From positions 15,210-79,209 of the forward strand of contig CAZSNS010000001.1 in NCBI GenBank assembly GCA_964608515.1: a DNA stretch of 64,000 bases, read 5' to 3'. Shown one piece after another: positions 48,347 through 57,143 of this stretch; the stretch's first letter is position 1; each line of letters starts with the position of its first letter. Source of the stretch: Candidatus Hadarchaeota archaeon. Lineage in GTDB: Archaea > Hadarchaeota > Hadarchaeia > Hadarchaeales > JAGGTB01. The position numbers and the translations under genes are program-made. The notes under the pieces were generated by a model. The model saw nothing but the letters and a program-made list of their open reading frames with translations. It ran no database searches and was not told the origin of the DNA.

Positions 48347-49123
48347 TCATTCTTCCAACTCCTTTTGGATGTGTAATTTCCCTTTTTGTTTAATTTCGCG
48401 AATTAGGTTTCTCACTGGTTTATCTAGGGGGACTCCGTAAGAAGCAAGTAAGTTAACTAATTTTTTGACAGTGAGATTTATGTCACTGCTACCCTTTTTC
48501 TTAATTTCGCGAATTAGGTTTCTCACTGGTTTATCTAGGGGGACTCCGTAAGAAGCAAGTAAGTTAACTAATTTTTTGACAGTGAGATTTATGTCACTGC
48601 TACCTTTTTGTTTAATTTCGCTCTTGGCGGGGTGTTTTGTGTTTTGTTTTTTCTTTTCTCTCGTCGGAAGGCTAGAATCTCTGCTTTTTTGTGTTTTGGG
48701 CTCTTTTCTATTTTCTTCTTTTGTTAGAACGGATTCTTCGCTTTCTTCGGCTATTGTTTTTTGTTTTTTCTCCCCTTCGTTTTCTTCTGTTGGTTGAATG
48801 GAATCTTCTTTTTTCTTGAGTTTGGGTTGTTTTTCATTTTCTTCTTTTGAGGGCAAGGAATCTTCGGTTTTTTCAGGTTTGGGTATTTCTTTTTGATCAG
48901 TTTGATCTTTTCCAGGAGTTTTTCTCTCTTCTGAATACTCAGTTTCTTCATCTTCGTCCTCTTTGAATTTAGGATCCTTGGAAACTATCGCTCTTGTTTC
49001 TCCGATTTTCTTTATGTGTTTCTTTTCGTCAGGACCTATTTTTGCTTCTTCACTAAGTTCGTATTCTTTTTCTTTTGATTTTGAAGCGGTTTGGTTTGCT
49101 TTGTTTTTGTTTCCTTTTTCCAT
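48347..49123 (-). CDS. Lys/Glu-rich low-complexity protein with duplicated 37-aa C-terminal motif
   Basis: 258 aa. Degenerate 'S[LI]..[KE]EENEK.PK' repeats, then 'KGSSDINLTVKKLVNLLASYGVPLDKPVRNLIREIK' twice. Confidence 0.55.
   Translation of the reverse strand: MEKGNKNKANQTASKSKEKEYELSEEAKIGPDEKKHIKKIGETRAIVSKDPKFKEDEDEETEYSEERKTPGKDQTDQKEIPKPEKTEDSLPSKEENEKQPKLKKKEDSIQPTEENEGEKKQKTIAEESEESVLTKEENRKEPKTQKSRDSSLPTREKKKQNTKHPAKSEIKQKGSSDINLTVKKLVNLLASYGVPLDKPVRNLIREIKKKGSSDINLTVKKLVNLLASYGVPLDKPVRNLIREIKQKGKLHIQKELEE
48382..48620 (-). repeat. 111-bp tandem repeat, about 2.1 copies
   Basis: 48390-48493 is identical to 48501-48604. A third partial start lies at 48603-48620. Confidence 0.9.
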
Positions 49124-49134
49124 TCTCTCACCTC

Positions 49135-50841
49135 CTAAAAGGTGAAGTCAAATTTTTTGCTTAATTCGTCTATGCCGCCGCTTTGGTAGGTATTGATTAC
49201 TTTTATTGCTTCATCATATCCTACAAGATTTTTCGCCAGTGCTTTTCTTATCACGTCGGCTCTCGTGTCGAGTTCGTCATATATTTTTCTAGGGTCGGAA
49301 TAACCCATTGATTCTGCTACTTTTTCCTCTAAAACAAATGAATTATTTCTACCTAGGAATCTAGTTATATCTCGGACAGGATCCCAGTCAAATACTTGTC
49401 TTGTAACGAGTCCTCCCATTTGTTTCGAAAAACCTTCTATTTCTCTAACTGAAGTGATTCTCCTCAACTCTTTCCCTTGCCTTTTGATAAAGTTTTGAAA
49501 CATTGCGACATTCAAATTCCCAAGAAAAGCTTCAGGGACATTCAAAGGTTCACCAGTAAAACGATGAACAAGCGCCACAATATTACCGGCATGGAAAGTG
49601 AACATAGTAGGATGTCCAGTCTGCATAGCCTGGAAAACATTGAATGCCTCTTTACCCCTAACCTCCCCAATTATAAGATTATCCGGTCGAGCTCTTAATG
49701 AAGCTATAACTAGATCGAAAAGATCAACATCTTGGGCTTCACTATCCCCCTCTCTCGTTTTGAGTCTTTGCCAAGCCTCGTGCGGAATTTTTAGTTCTAA
49801 GGTTTCTTCAGCTGAAACTATTTTGTTATCTTTTGGTATGAACGTGGTTGCTGCGTTAAGAGTTGTAGTTTTCCCAGCTGCTGTTTCACCAGCTATAGTC
49901 ATACTCATATTTGTTTCGACACAAAGCCACAAGTAAGCTGCTAATTCAGGACTCATTGTCCCCCATTTTACGATTTGAAATACGGAGGGTGGTATCTCTT
50001 CGAATTGACGTATAGTTAGTGTAGGACCTTCTATTGATACATCATCGGGGAATATTATATTCAAACGAGATCCATCTGGAAGTGAAGTGTCGACAATAGG
50101 ATTGCCCTGGCTGACAGGACTTCCAACTCTTTCGGACATTGATTTTAGCCAGCGTTTGTATTCTTCTTCAGTTCCCAAATCAATATTACTTTCCATCATC
50201 CCGAAAATTTTATTGTTAATATGAACTTCGTCAGAACTAACGACATGGATGTCTTCGTTTGTTCTGTCTTTAAGAAGTGGGTCGAGAGGCCCCATACTTA
50301 CAATATTTCTCTTTAGTAGGTAGAGCATTTTATCATAGATTTCTTGAGGAACCTTAAATTTGGAACCGTTTAGATTAAATTTATTTAGGATTCCCGATTC
50401 TTTTTCCCCTACTGAAACTATATTCTCATATGTTTCTTCTAAGCCCTCTTCAGATGCTGCACCTTCTTCCTTCATAGAAGCTGTTAGTGAGTTTTCAAAA
50501 ACTTCATTTTCTATTTGATCATAGAGTTCTTTTTCTTCTTCTGTTAGAAAAGGCTCTATTACGTAGTACATATTGCCGGTATTCCTGTCGCCTTTACTTA
50601 AATGAGCGAAGATAATGTCGTCGGTCTGATAGAGTATATCATCTTTTTCTTCATAGTCTCTGACCTTTACGTTATTATCAGGATAATCTACTAATTCGGG
50701 CATTTTCCCTGTTTCTTTCTTGTATTTTATCAGATGGTTCTTCAGATGCTTGTACTTATTCGCTAGTTTTTTCAAGTCTTTAGAAATTCTGGCTTTGCGG
50801 ACTTTTCCTTCGCCCGCTTCTTGTTGTTTTGCAGTTGCCAT
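49135..50841 (-). CDS. arlI: Archaellum ATPase ArlI (FlaI), copy 1
   Basis: 568 aa. Walker A 'GETAAGKTTT', Walker B 'LIIGEVRG', 'TGHPTMFTFHAG'. Directly downstream of arlH. Confidence 0.9.
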   Translation of the reverse strand: MATAKQQEAGEGKVRKARISKDLKKLANKYKHLKNHLIKYKKETGKMPELVDYPDNNVKVRDYEEKDDILYQTDDIIFAHLSKGDRNTGNMYYVIEPFLTEEEKELYDQIENEVFENSLTASMKEEGAASEEGLEETYENIVSVGEKESGILNKFNLNGSKFKVPQEIYDKMLYLLKRNIVSMGPLDPLLKDRTNEDIHVVSSDEVHINNKIFGMMESNIDLGTEEEYKRWLKSMSERVGSPVSQGNPIVDTSLPDGSRLNIIFPDDVSIEGPTLTIRQFEEIPPSVFQIVKWGTMSPELAAYLWLCVETNMSMTIAGETAAGKTTTLNAATTFIPKDNKIVSAEETLELKIPHEAWQRLKTREGDSEAQDVDLFDLVIASLRARPDNLIIGEVRGKEAFNVFQAMQTGHPTMFTFHAGNIVALVHRFTGEPLNVPEAFLGNLNVAMFQNFIKRQGKELRRITSVREIEGFSKQMGGLVTRQVFDWDPVRDITRFLGRNNSFVLEEKVAESMGYSDPRKIYDELDTRADVIRKALAKNLVGYDEAIKVINTYQSGGIDELSKKFDFTF

Positions 50842-50852
50842 TTCATAATCCC

Positions 50853-51572
50853 CTAAACTACTCCTCTTGATTCTATGACTATGCCAGCGCCTGCTTTTAC
50901 TGAATACCCTATTGAATCTCCGACTTGCTTGCCCATTCCTGAAAATCTTTTTACGTCCATGGTTTTCTGCAATTCTCCTCCAACTTTTACAGTTTGCAGT
51001 TGGAGATATACATCGGCTACTGACCTTATGGGGGATAGAGTTTCTTCGCTGAGATCTGTGTGATCAAGAGTTATTATCACTGTTTTTTCGGAACGAGTTA
51101 GTTTTTTAAGGAAGGACACAATTTTTGACGAGATGTCCTTCTCGCGATTTTTTTCTTTTAATTCTTTGAATTCGACGTCATTTCTGAGAAGATGATTGAA
51201 ACCATCTAATATTGTTACTTCTCCGTTCCACATTTTTTCAGCGTTGATCAATTTTTCTACGTATTCATCCTCTTGGCGGAAAGAAACACCTAAGAAAGCC
51301 AGCTTGTTTGAGAGAAGATGGCTTTCCATATCGTATTCTAGTGAAGACATTTGGTCTAGGAATCCCATTAGGTCTAGCTCATGGGTTAGGTAGCAGACTG
51401 TGGTTCCGGTGTCGCATAGTCCGTAGGTGAATCTTTGTGAAAATGCGCTTTTTCCTGATCCGTCTTCACCTTCTAACAGTACTATGCTTCCTACTGGTAT
51501 TCCTCCGCCTAGTTTTCGGTTTAAACTGTCCCTTTCCTCTAGTCCGAGTGGGTATAATCTCTCTTTAGGCAT
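50853..51572 (-). CDS. arlH: Archaellum protein ArlH (FlaH), KaiC-like
   Basis: 239 aa. 'LGGGIPVGSIVLLEGEDGSGKSAF' is an intact Walker A. Confidence 0.85.
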   Translation of the reverse strand: MPKERLYPLGLEERDSLNRKLGGGIPVGSIVLLEGEDGSGKSAFSQRFTYGLCDTGTTVCYLTHELDLMGFLDQMSSLEYDMESHLLSNKLAFLGVSFRQEDEYVEKLINAEKMWNGEVTILDGFNHLLRNDVEFKELKEKNREKDISSKIVSFLKKLTRSEKTVIITLDHTDLSEETLSPIRSVADVYLQLQTVKVGGELQKTMDVKRFSGMGKQVGDSIGYSVKAGAGIVIESRGVV

Positions 51573-51586
51573 TTATTTTTTCCCTC

Positions 51587-52063
51587 CTAACTTGTTCTAA
51601 ATTTAAGAGTATCTTCATTATTATACACCATTACTTTGACACTATGATCTGTTCCGTGTAAATTCTCTAAATATGACTCGGGATAATTCGTTATAATCTT
51701 TAAAACCCTAGAAGGTGCCCAAGAATCTCCATTCACTACTATTAAATTCTCGATATTCTCACCACTTAGATATCTTCCGTCAACAAAGATATCTATAATA
51801 CTTTTATCCTTAGGAATTGATCTCGATCCAATATTTTTTACATAAAGGACAAGGACATTATCTGAATCTATATTCTCTGTCATATATTCGGGATCATTTA
51901 TGATTTCAATATCAGTTTCAATTTGTCTAGAAACTGCAGAACCTTGCTTTTCGATAGAACCAGAAATCATTCCTGCACTCTGCATAACCATACCTCCAAC
52001 CGTAACTGCTATACTGAGAGAAACCACGAGCACTATCAGTTGAGATATAGAAGCGTCAGCCAT
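51587..52063 (-). CDS. arlG: Archaellum protein ArlG (FlaG)
   Basis: 158 aa. N-terminal TM 'ISQLIVLVVSLSIAVTVGG' plus a beta-rich domain ('LYVKNIGSRSI'). Operon position after arlF. Confidence 0.7.
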   Translation of the reverse strand: MADASISQLIVLVVSLSIAVTVGGMVMQSAGMISGSIEKQGSAVSRQIETDIEIINDPEYMTENIDSDNVLVLYVKNIGSRSIPKDKSIIDIFVDGRYLSGENIENLIVVNGDSWAPSRVLKIITNYPESYLENLHGTDHSVKVMVYNNEDTLKFRTS

Positions 52064-52541
52064 CTAAAACCCCCTCTATGTCTTCATAATCGGAAATACC
52101 ATACTCAGAAACCACTTTAACTCGGGATGCCGCTGTATTTACGAAGTTGAATATATTGTCGGTCGTGAGTTCTAAATTTTCTCCAGGAAACCAAATCTTG
52201 GTATCTTGATTGTTGTCGACAATTTTCTTAATATTATCTTTAGGATAAAAAGTACCATCTATAATCAGATCGGTATAAACTTTATTTAGCTGGGTAGATC
52301 CCGTATTTTTTACCGTTACTACCAAATTATCACCATTACTTTTCACATTCTCAATCCTCAAATCCGTTTGTACCTTGAATATCATCTTTGTGTTTTGCTC
52401 ATTTCTTGCGTTTGTGTATTGATCGTAAGACTTTTCGAAAGAACTGGCGAAAACACTAAGGGAAAACAGCAGAGCTAACACAAGCGCCGCAGTTCCTATG
52501 ATGGAACCATATCCTTTTTCATCCACCTGCCCACCTACCAT
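52056..52541 (-). CDS. arlF: Archaellum protein ArlF (FlaF)
   Basis: 161 aa. N-terminal TM, 'LVVTVKNTGSTQL'. 8-nt overlap with arlG. Confidence 0.7.
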   Translation of the reverse strand: MVGGQVDEKGYGSIIGTAALVLALLFSLSVFASSFEKSYDQYTNARNEQNTKMIFKVQTDLRIENVKSNGDNLVVTVKNTGSTQLNKVYTDLIIDGTFYPKDNIKKIVDNNQDTKIWFPGENLELTTDNIFNFVNTAASRVKVVSEYGISDYEDIEGVLDG

Positions 52542-52735
52542 GTTTGTTTTTAGCTCTGTATTTTTTCCGGTCAGTCAACTGACCACCTCTATTGATTAAT
52601 TTGTTTCAATTTCAGTCGATTTTATTTAATAAAAAGTGCGACGAAAATATCAAAGTTGAGAGAGGAGAAAATAAAAGGTTAGAAAGAAGAAGAGTGCCTT
52701 TACTGTTCCCCGTTTCTAAATTAAGGCTTTTAATG

Positions 52736-53236
52736 TTATTTTTTTACTTTTTCCATTATTTCCTGGCGAACTTCTTCGTCAGCTCTGTCTGAAAGTTGTA
52801 GTATATATCCTAGAGAGCGCATGTGGTCTTGTAGGGATAATTCTCCGGTTTCTTTGCTTTCTTGTTTTTCCGATTGAGATTCTTCGGACTCACTGTCACC
52901 TACTTTATAGCTTTTCTCACCCATTTTTATTTCTGAAACTGGCTTTTCGTCTGTCGATTTGAAGAAATACCGTGTGTAAGACATTAGTTGGCTTCTTACT
53001 CTTCTTCCTATCCATCCCATTTCTATATAGTATGAGAATGCGTCTAAAACTCCTTCTAGATTAGTTTTTGACAGCAGGAAGTCCATCCATTCTAGAGTAA
53101 GTACTTCTTTTTGCGGACCTCCTTCCATGTCTGAAACTCTAAGATATGGTTTTTCTAGATGGGATAGATCCTCTTCAGTTTCTTTAATTTTTTTAGCTGG
53201 TGATTCAGCAAGTTCAGATTCTAAGTATTCTGTCAT
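52736..53236 (-). CDS. arlD: Archaellum protein ArlD/E (FlaD/E domain)
   Basis: 'LEWMDFLLSKTNLEGVLDAFSYYIEMGWIGRRVRSQLMSY'. The start ATG at 53236 overlaps the upstream stop (TAATG), so the track's 53275 start is probably too long. Confidence 0.75.
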   Translation of the reverse strand: MTEYLESELAESPAKKIKETEEDLSHLEKPYLRVSDMEGGPQKEVLTLEWMDFLLSKTNLEGVLDAFSYYIEMGWIGRRVRSQLMSYTRYFFKSTDEKPVSEIKMGEKSYKVGDSESEESQSEKQESKETGELSLQDHMRSLGYILQLSDRADEEVRQEIMEKVKK

Positions 53237-54153
53237 TAAAAACCACCTTCCATGGTTTCGCAGTTGTAAACCCATTCTTCTTCGGATGAATCCCAGTCTC
53301 TATCTGTTACTTTTACTTTCTGATCTTCAGGGGTATATACGGTTTCTCCAACTTCCCATTTCGGTGCTGGGATCTCCCTTTTAGGTTCTTCCGCAGGTTC
53401 TTCTGCAGGTTCTTCGAGCGCTTCTTCGTATTCGCTTTCAAGACCAGAAACTTCTTCTACTACTTCCGTTTCCATTGCTTCTTCTAATTCATCTATCCTA
53501 TTTTCCAGTTCATTTATCCTTTCAGGTTCTGCTGCGCCACCTTTAACGCCTTCTGATTCAAGTCTTTCGATTCGCTGTTCCAGTTTCTTCATTGCTTGTG
53601 GTGGGACAGCTTTTTCAGCTTTTTCTCCGGTCAGTTCTTTGAATATTTCGAAGACGTCTTCGCCAAGCATATCTTTGTCTATTTCTTCGACGTCTTCGTC
53701 GTAAGGGTTAAGTCCGCGGAATAGTATTTCGTAGACTTTGAATAATTTTTGTGCACGATTTCCTACTTCGGATATTTGTTCACTCATTTCTCTTTTTTGT
53801 CTTTCTAACTTTGAGATTCTCGACGATAGGTCGTCTAGTTCGTCTTCTAGTTCTCTTATTTCTCCTTCGTCAATACCTCCGCTTTCGTCGAAAGATGAGT
53901 CTTGTCCGCCTGTTGATTCGCTGGGTGTAGGTTCCGCTGCTGTTTCTAGTTCTTCTCCAGTTTCTAGTTCTTCTTCAGTTTCTAGTGTTTCTTCCTCTTC
54001 TTCTGGCTCTTCTAGTTCTAGTTCGAATTCTTCTGATAAGTCTTCATCGCCACTTTCAGGAACTTCTTCCAAGGTTAATTCATCCTCCTCAATTTCTTCT
54101 TCTTTTTCGGCTCCCGAAACTCTTTCCAATAGGTTATCAAGTAGGGATGCCAA
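53236..54153 (-). CDS. arlC: Archaellum accessory coiled-coil protein (FlaC/ArlC-like)
   Basis: 305 aa and extremely acidic. 'ISKLERQKREMSEQISEVGNRAQKLFKVYEILFRGLNPY' is a FlaC-type motif. Confidence 0.65.
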   Translation of the reverse strand: MASLLDNLLERVSGAEKEEEIEEDELTLEEVPESGDEDLSEEFELELEEPEEEEETLETEEELETGEELETAAEPTPSESTGGQDSSFDESGGIDEGEIRELEDELDDLSSRISKLERQKREMSEQISEVGNRAQKLFKVYEILFRGLNPYDEDVEEIDKDMLGEDVFEIFKELTGEKAEKAVPPQAMKKLEQRIERLESEGVKGGAAEPERINELENRIDELEEAMETEVVEEVSGLESEYEEALEEPAEEPAEEPKREIPAPKWEVGETVYTPEDQKVKVTDRDWDSSEEEWVYNCETMEGGF

Positions 54154-54234
54154 TTATAACACCTATTAGCAGGTATTCTTTCATCCTGTTTTTACTCCAA
54201 CTAACCCTTATGTCAGGTCTTTATTAATAAATAT

Positions 54235-54500
54235 TTAGTAAAATATCAAAAACGATATTTACTTCTGATGTTTAGATAATATTAGTAAAATAATATTTAC
54301 AAAATTAATGTTTATTCGATGACTTAAAAGGATGTGTGATTTTTGACTATATATTGTGGAGTTTACTCTAGGATCGCCCGGGTTTTTTATTGATTTCTCG
54401 GAGGGTACCTTAAAATTCGGGAATAATTAAATAAATTTTTCATTACTAAACCTAAATTAACTAAAGATTTATATACAATAAGTAAAATTTATTTTACTAG
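54235..54500. promoter_or_regulatory. Divergent arl/regulator promoter region with four copies of [T/A]AGTAAAAT, including a palindrome
   Basis: TTAGTAAAATA at 54235-54245 and 54283-54293. The palindrome AGTAAAAT-TT-ATTTTACT lies at 54481-54498, just upstream of the SD of the HTH gene. Confidence 0.35.
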
Positions 54501-54517
54501 GAAAGGAGGTGTAGTGT

Positions 54518-54934
54518 TTGGGAGAAACCAAAAACCTACTTGACACAAAAAAATCCAGAAAAGATGATGAAAATGCCAAAGTAAAGGAGATCTCACAGGT
54601 CGCAGAAGCTTCAAACTCGGAACTAGAAGAGTTAGTCAATGATACAATAGGACCACTAGCTGATGATTACTCTATCAGAATCCTATCCGCAACTCAAGAG
54701 GAAGGAAAAACAGTCAGAGAACTTAGCAAAGAATTGGATATCCCGATAGCAACCTGTTATAGAAGAGCCGGAGAATTACTAAATGCAGAACTTCTAGTAA
54801 ATGAAGAGAAAAAGCTAACTCAAGAAGGAAAAAGAGCGAGCGTTCTAAGATCAAATGCTTCCAGAGTCGAAGTCTCCTTCAAATTTGAAGACGACGAACT
54901 AAAAGTGACAATCGAGCCTGTCAAAAAGAAATAA
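54518..54934 (+). CDS. ArsR-like winged-helix transcriptional regulator
   Basis: 138 aa. 'YSIRILSATQEEGKTVRELSKELDIPIATCYRRAGELLNAELL'. Confidence 0.7.
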   Translation: MGETKNLLDTKKSRKDDENAKVKEISQVAEASNSELEELVNDTIGPLADDYSIRILSATQEEGKTVRELSKELDIPIATCYRRAGELLNAELLVNEEKKLTQEGKRASVLRSNASRVEVSFKFEDDELKVTIEPVKKK

Positions 54935-55015
54935 AGACAAACGACTGCGTAATTTCATAATGGAACCAAAGTCTAAGAATCGAAATAAGCAACCCAATCA
55001 CAAAGAGGTAAAAAC

Positions 55016-56965
55016 ATGAAAACAATAGAAGAGGAGATAATAGAAGAAAATGAACCCCCAGCCAATATCCTAATAGCTGGCATCAATTCAGACGGCCAAA
55101 TTATTTTCGTTAACGAAGAATGTGAAAAATCAACAGGTTATTCAAGCGATCAATTAATAGGCCGTTCTTTTTGGGATTTGGCTCCTTCTGATGCCGGTGA
55201 GGGGATAGAGAGTGTTTTCTCTGGGTCAGCTGAGGAATTACCTTCTTCTCTTGAGATGCCGTGGATTGCAGAGGATGGTGAAGAACACGACATTGTCTGG
55301 GAACTGATACAATTTAGGAGGTCTGAGAGTGATATTGGAATGATTGTTGCTGCTGGTATAGATAGTACTGTCTGGAAGCACGAACGTGAAGATTTGGAAA
55401 ATAGATTAGAGGAGTTTAAGCAAATTTATCATGAATTAGCTGCTGAATCTTTGATCGGTGTTTTCATTATACAACCTACTCCGGAAGGATTGGTAATCAG
55501 ATTTGCTAATTCAGAGCTTGCAAACATGTTTGGATTTGAAAAAGATGAATTACTAGGGAAGAGTTTCGGAAATCTTATCCATCCTGATTATATATCCGAA
55601 ATCGAGGAGAGAATAAAAGAGATCAAAGAAGAGAAAGAAGGTAAAATATTCAAGGTTAAAGGTAGGAAGAAAAACAACGAAGAATTTTGGTTAAAAAACC
55701 GCTTGTCGTTTATTACATATGAAGGAAATCCAGCACTTCTTGGAATGGCGGAGGAAGTTAAGATGGAAAAGAGAACGGAGCAAGAAGAAGATGAAAATGA
55801 CTCGGAGAAGTATAAGGCCATTGCGGATTTCGCGAAGGTTGGTCTAGGAATTATTCAAGACGGTGATATAGTTTATTTGAATGACCAGATGGCTAAAAAT
55901 TTTGAGTGTTCTAAGGAAGAGTTACATGAACTAGGATTTTCTCATTTCGTGCATCCGGAGGATAAGGAAGAACTTGAAATTACTTTTCAAGACAAGATTC
56001 CTAGAGAAAAATTGCCATATACTTCTAGTTATCGAGTTATTACAAAGGAAGGAAAAGTAAAATATCTTTCTTTACATGCCACCGAGGTTGAATATGAGGG
56101 ACGTCCAGCTACTCAGCTGGTGATTAAGGATGTTACGGAGCAAAAAGAAACTGAAAAAAGACTTAGAGATCAGAGAAAGGAACTGAGACAAGCCTACAAG
56201 CACTTGCGAGAGACGGAAAGTAAGTTAACGAGAAAGACAAAAGAACTTAGAAGAGCTAACGAAATGAGAGCTAAGTTTATGGATGTTTTAGCTCATGAAC
56301 TCAGGTCTTATCTTACACCTGTAGGAGCTTACATAGGAACCATCAAGCTCGGTGAATTAGGAGAAGTGTCTTCCGAGCAAAAACAAAAGTTGGAAGAGGC
56401 TTCAAAGAAGCTCGATAAAATTGATCAATTAGTCGAGGACACTCTGGATTTATCAAGGATGGAAGCGGATAGAGTAAAATTATCTAGTGAATCGATATTT
56501 TTACCCGACATGATTGATGAAATAGTTGGAGATTTCGAACCGGAGATAGATGATAAAAATCATCAACTCGTCACGGATATTTCCGAAGATGTTCCAGTTA
56601 TCGAAGGAGATCCACGTCTCTTGGAAAAAGTTTTCAGTAATTTAATTTCCAATGCTATCCAATATACGCCAGAAGATGGTAGAATCGAAGTAGAGGTTTC
56701 ACAAGCGAGAAATAATGGTGTTCACTTTAAGGTAAAAGATACAGGAATAGGAATTCCAGAAGAGGAACAAGATAAAATTTTCGAGAAATTCTATCGAGTT
56801 AAAGAAAATTCTAATGATGAACCTCGCGGACTCGGTATGGGATTGGCTATGGCAAAACATTTCGTAGAACTACATGGCGGAGAAATATGGGTCGAAAGCG
56901 ACGTTGGTGAAGGTAGCACTTTCCATGTGAAGCTTCCTAAAAAGAAGGAATCCTCAGAAAAATAG
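55016..56965 (+). CDS. Cytoplasmic PAS-PAS-PAS sensor histidine kinase
   Basis: 649 aa with no TM. H-box 'FMDVLAHELRSYLTP', N-box 'SNLISNAIQYT', G-boxes 'DTGIGIP' and 'GLGMGLAMAK'. Confidence 0.9.
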   Translation: MKTIEEEIIEENEPPANILIAGINSDGQIIFVNEECEKSTGYSSDQLIGRSFWDLAPSDAGEGIESVFSGSAEELPSSLEMPWIAEDGEEHDIVWELIQFRRSESDIGMIVAAGIDSTVWKHEREDLENRLEEFKQIYHELAAESLIGVFIIQPTPEGLVIRFANSELANMFGFEKDELLGKSFGNLIHPDYISEIEERIKEIKEEKEGKIFKVKGRKKNNEEFWLKNRLSFITYEGNPALLGMAEEVKMEKRTEQEEDENDSEKYKAIADFAKVGLGIIQDGDIVYLNDQMAKNFECSKEELHELGFSHFVHPEDKEELEITFQDKIPREKLPYTSSYRVITKEGKVKYLSLHATEVEYEGRPATQLVIKDVTEQKETEKRLRDQRKELRQAYKHLRETESKLTRKTKELRRANEMRAKFMDVLAHELRSYLTPVGAYIGTIKLGELGEVSSEQKQKLEEASKKLDKIDQLVEDTLDLSRMEADRVKLSSESIFLPDMIDEIVGDFEPEIDDKNHQLVTDISEDVPVIEGDPRLLEKVFSNLISNAIQYTPEDGRIEVEVSQARNNGVHFKVKDTGIGIPEEEQDKIFEKFYRVKENSNDEPRGLGMGLAMAKHFVELHGGEIWVESDVGEGSTFHVKLPKKKESSEK

Positions 56966-57143
56966 AGCAATTCTTTTCAATTTTTAAAATTTTAAGACTT
57001 CTTCTTGAGGAGTCTGATAGACTCTATTTTTCTTATTTTCTTGTTTTTCTTTTTATTCGAAAAGAACTTTACAAGAGGAAAGGAATAAAATATAATTAAC
57101 AAAAAACAAAAAAATGTGTAAAAAAATTTAGAATGGTTAAAAA

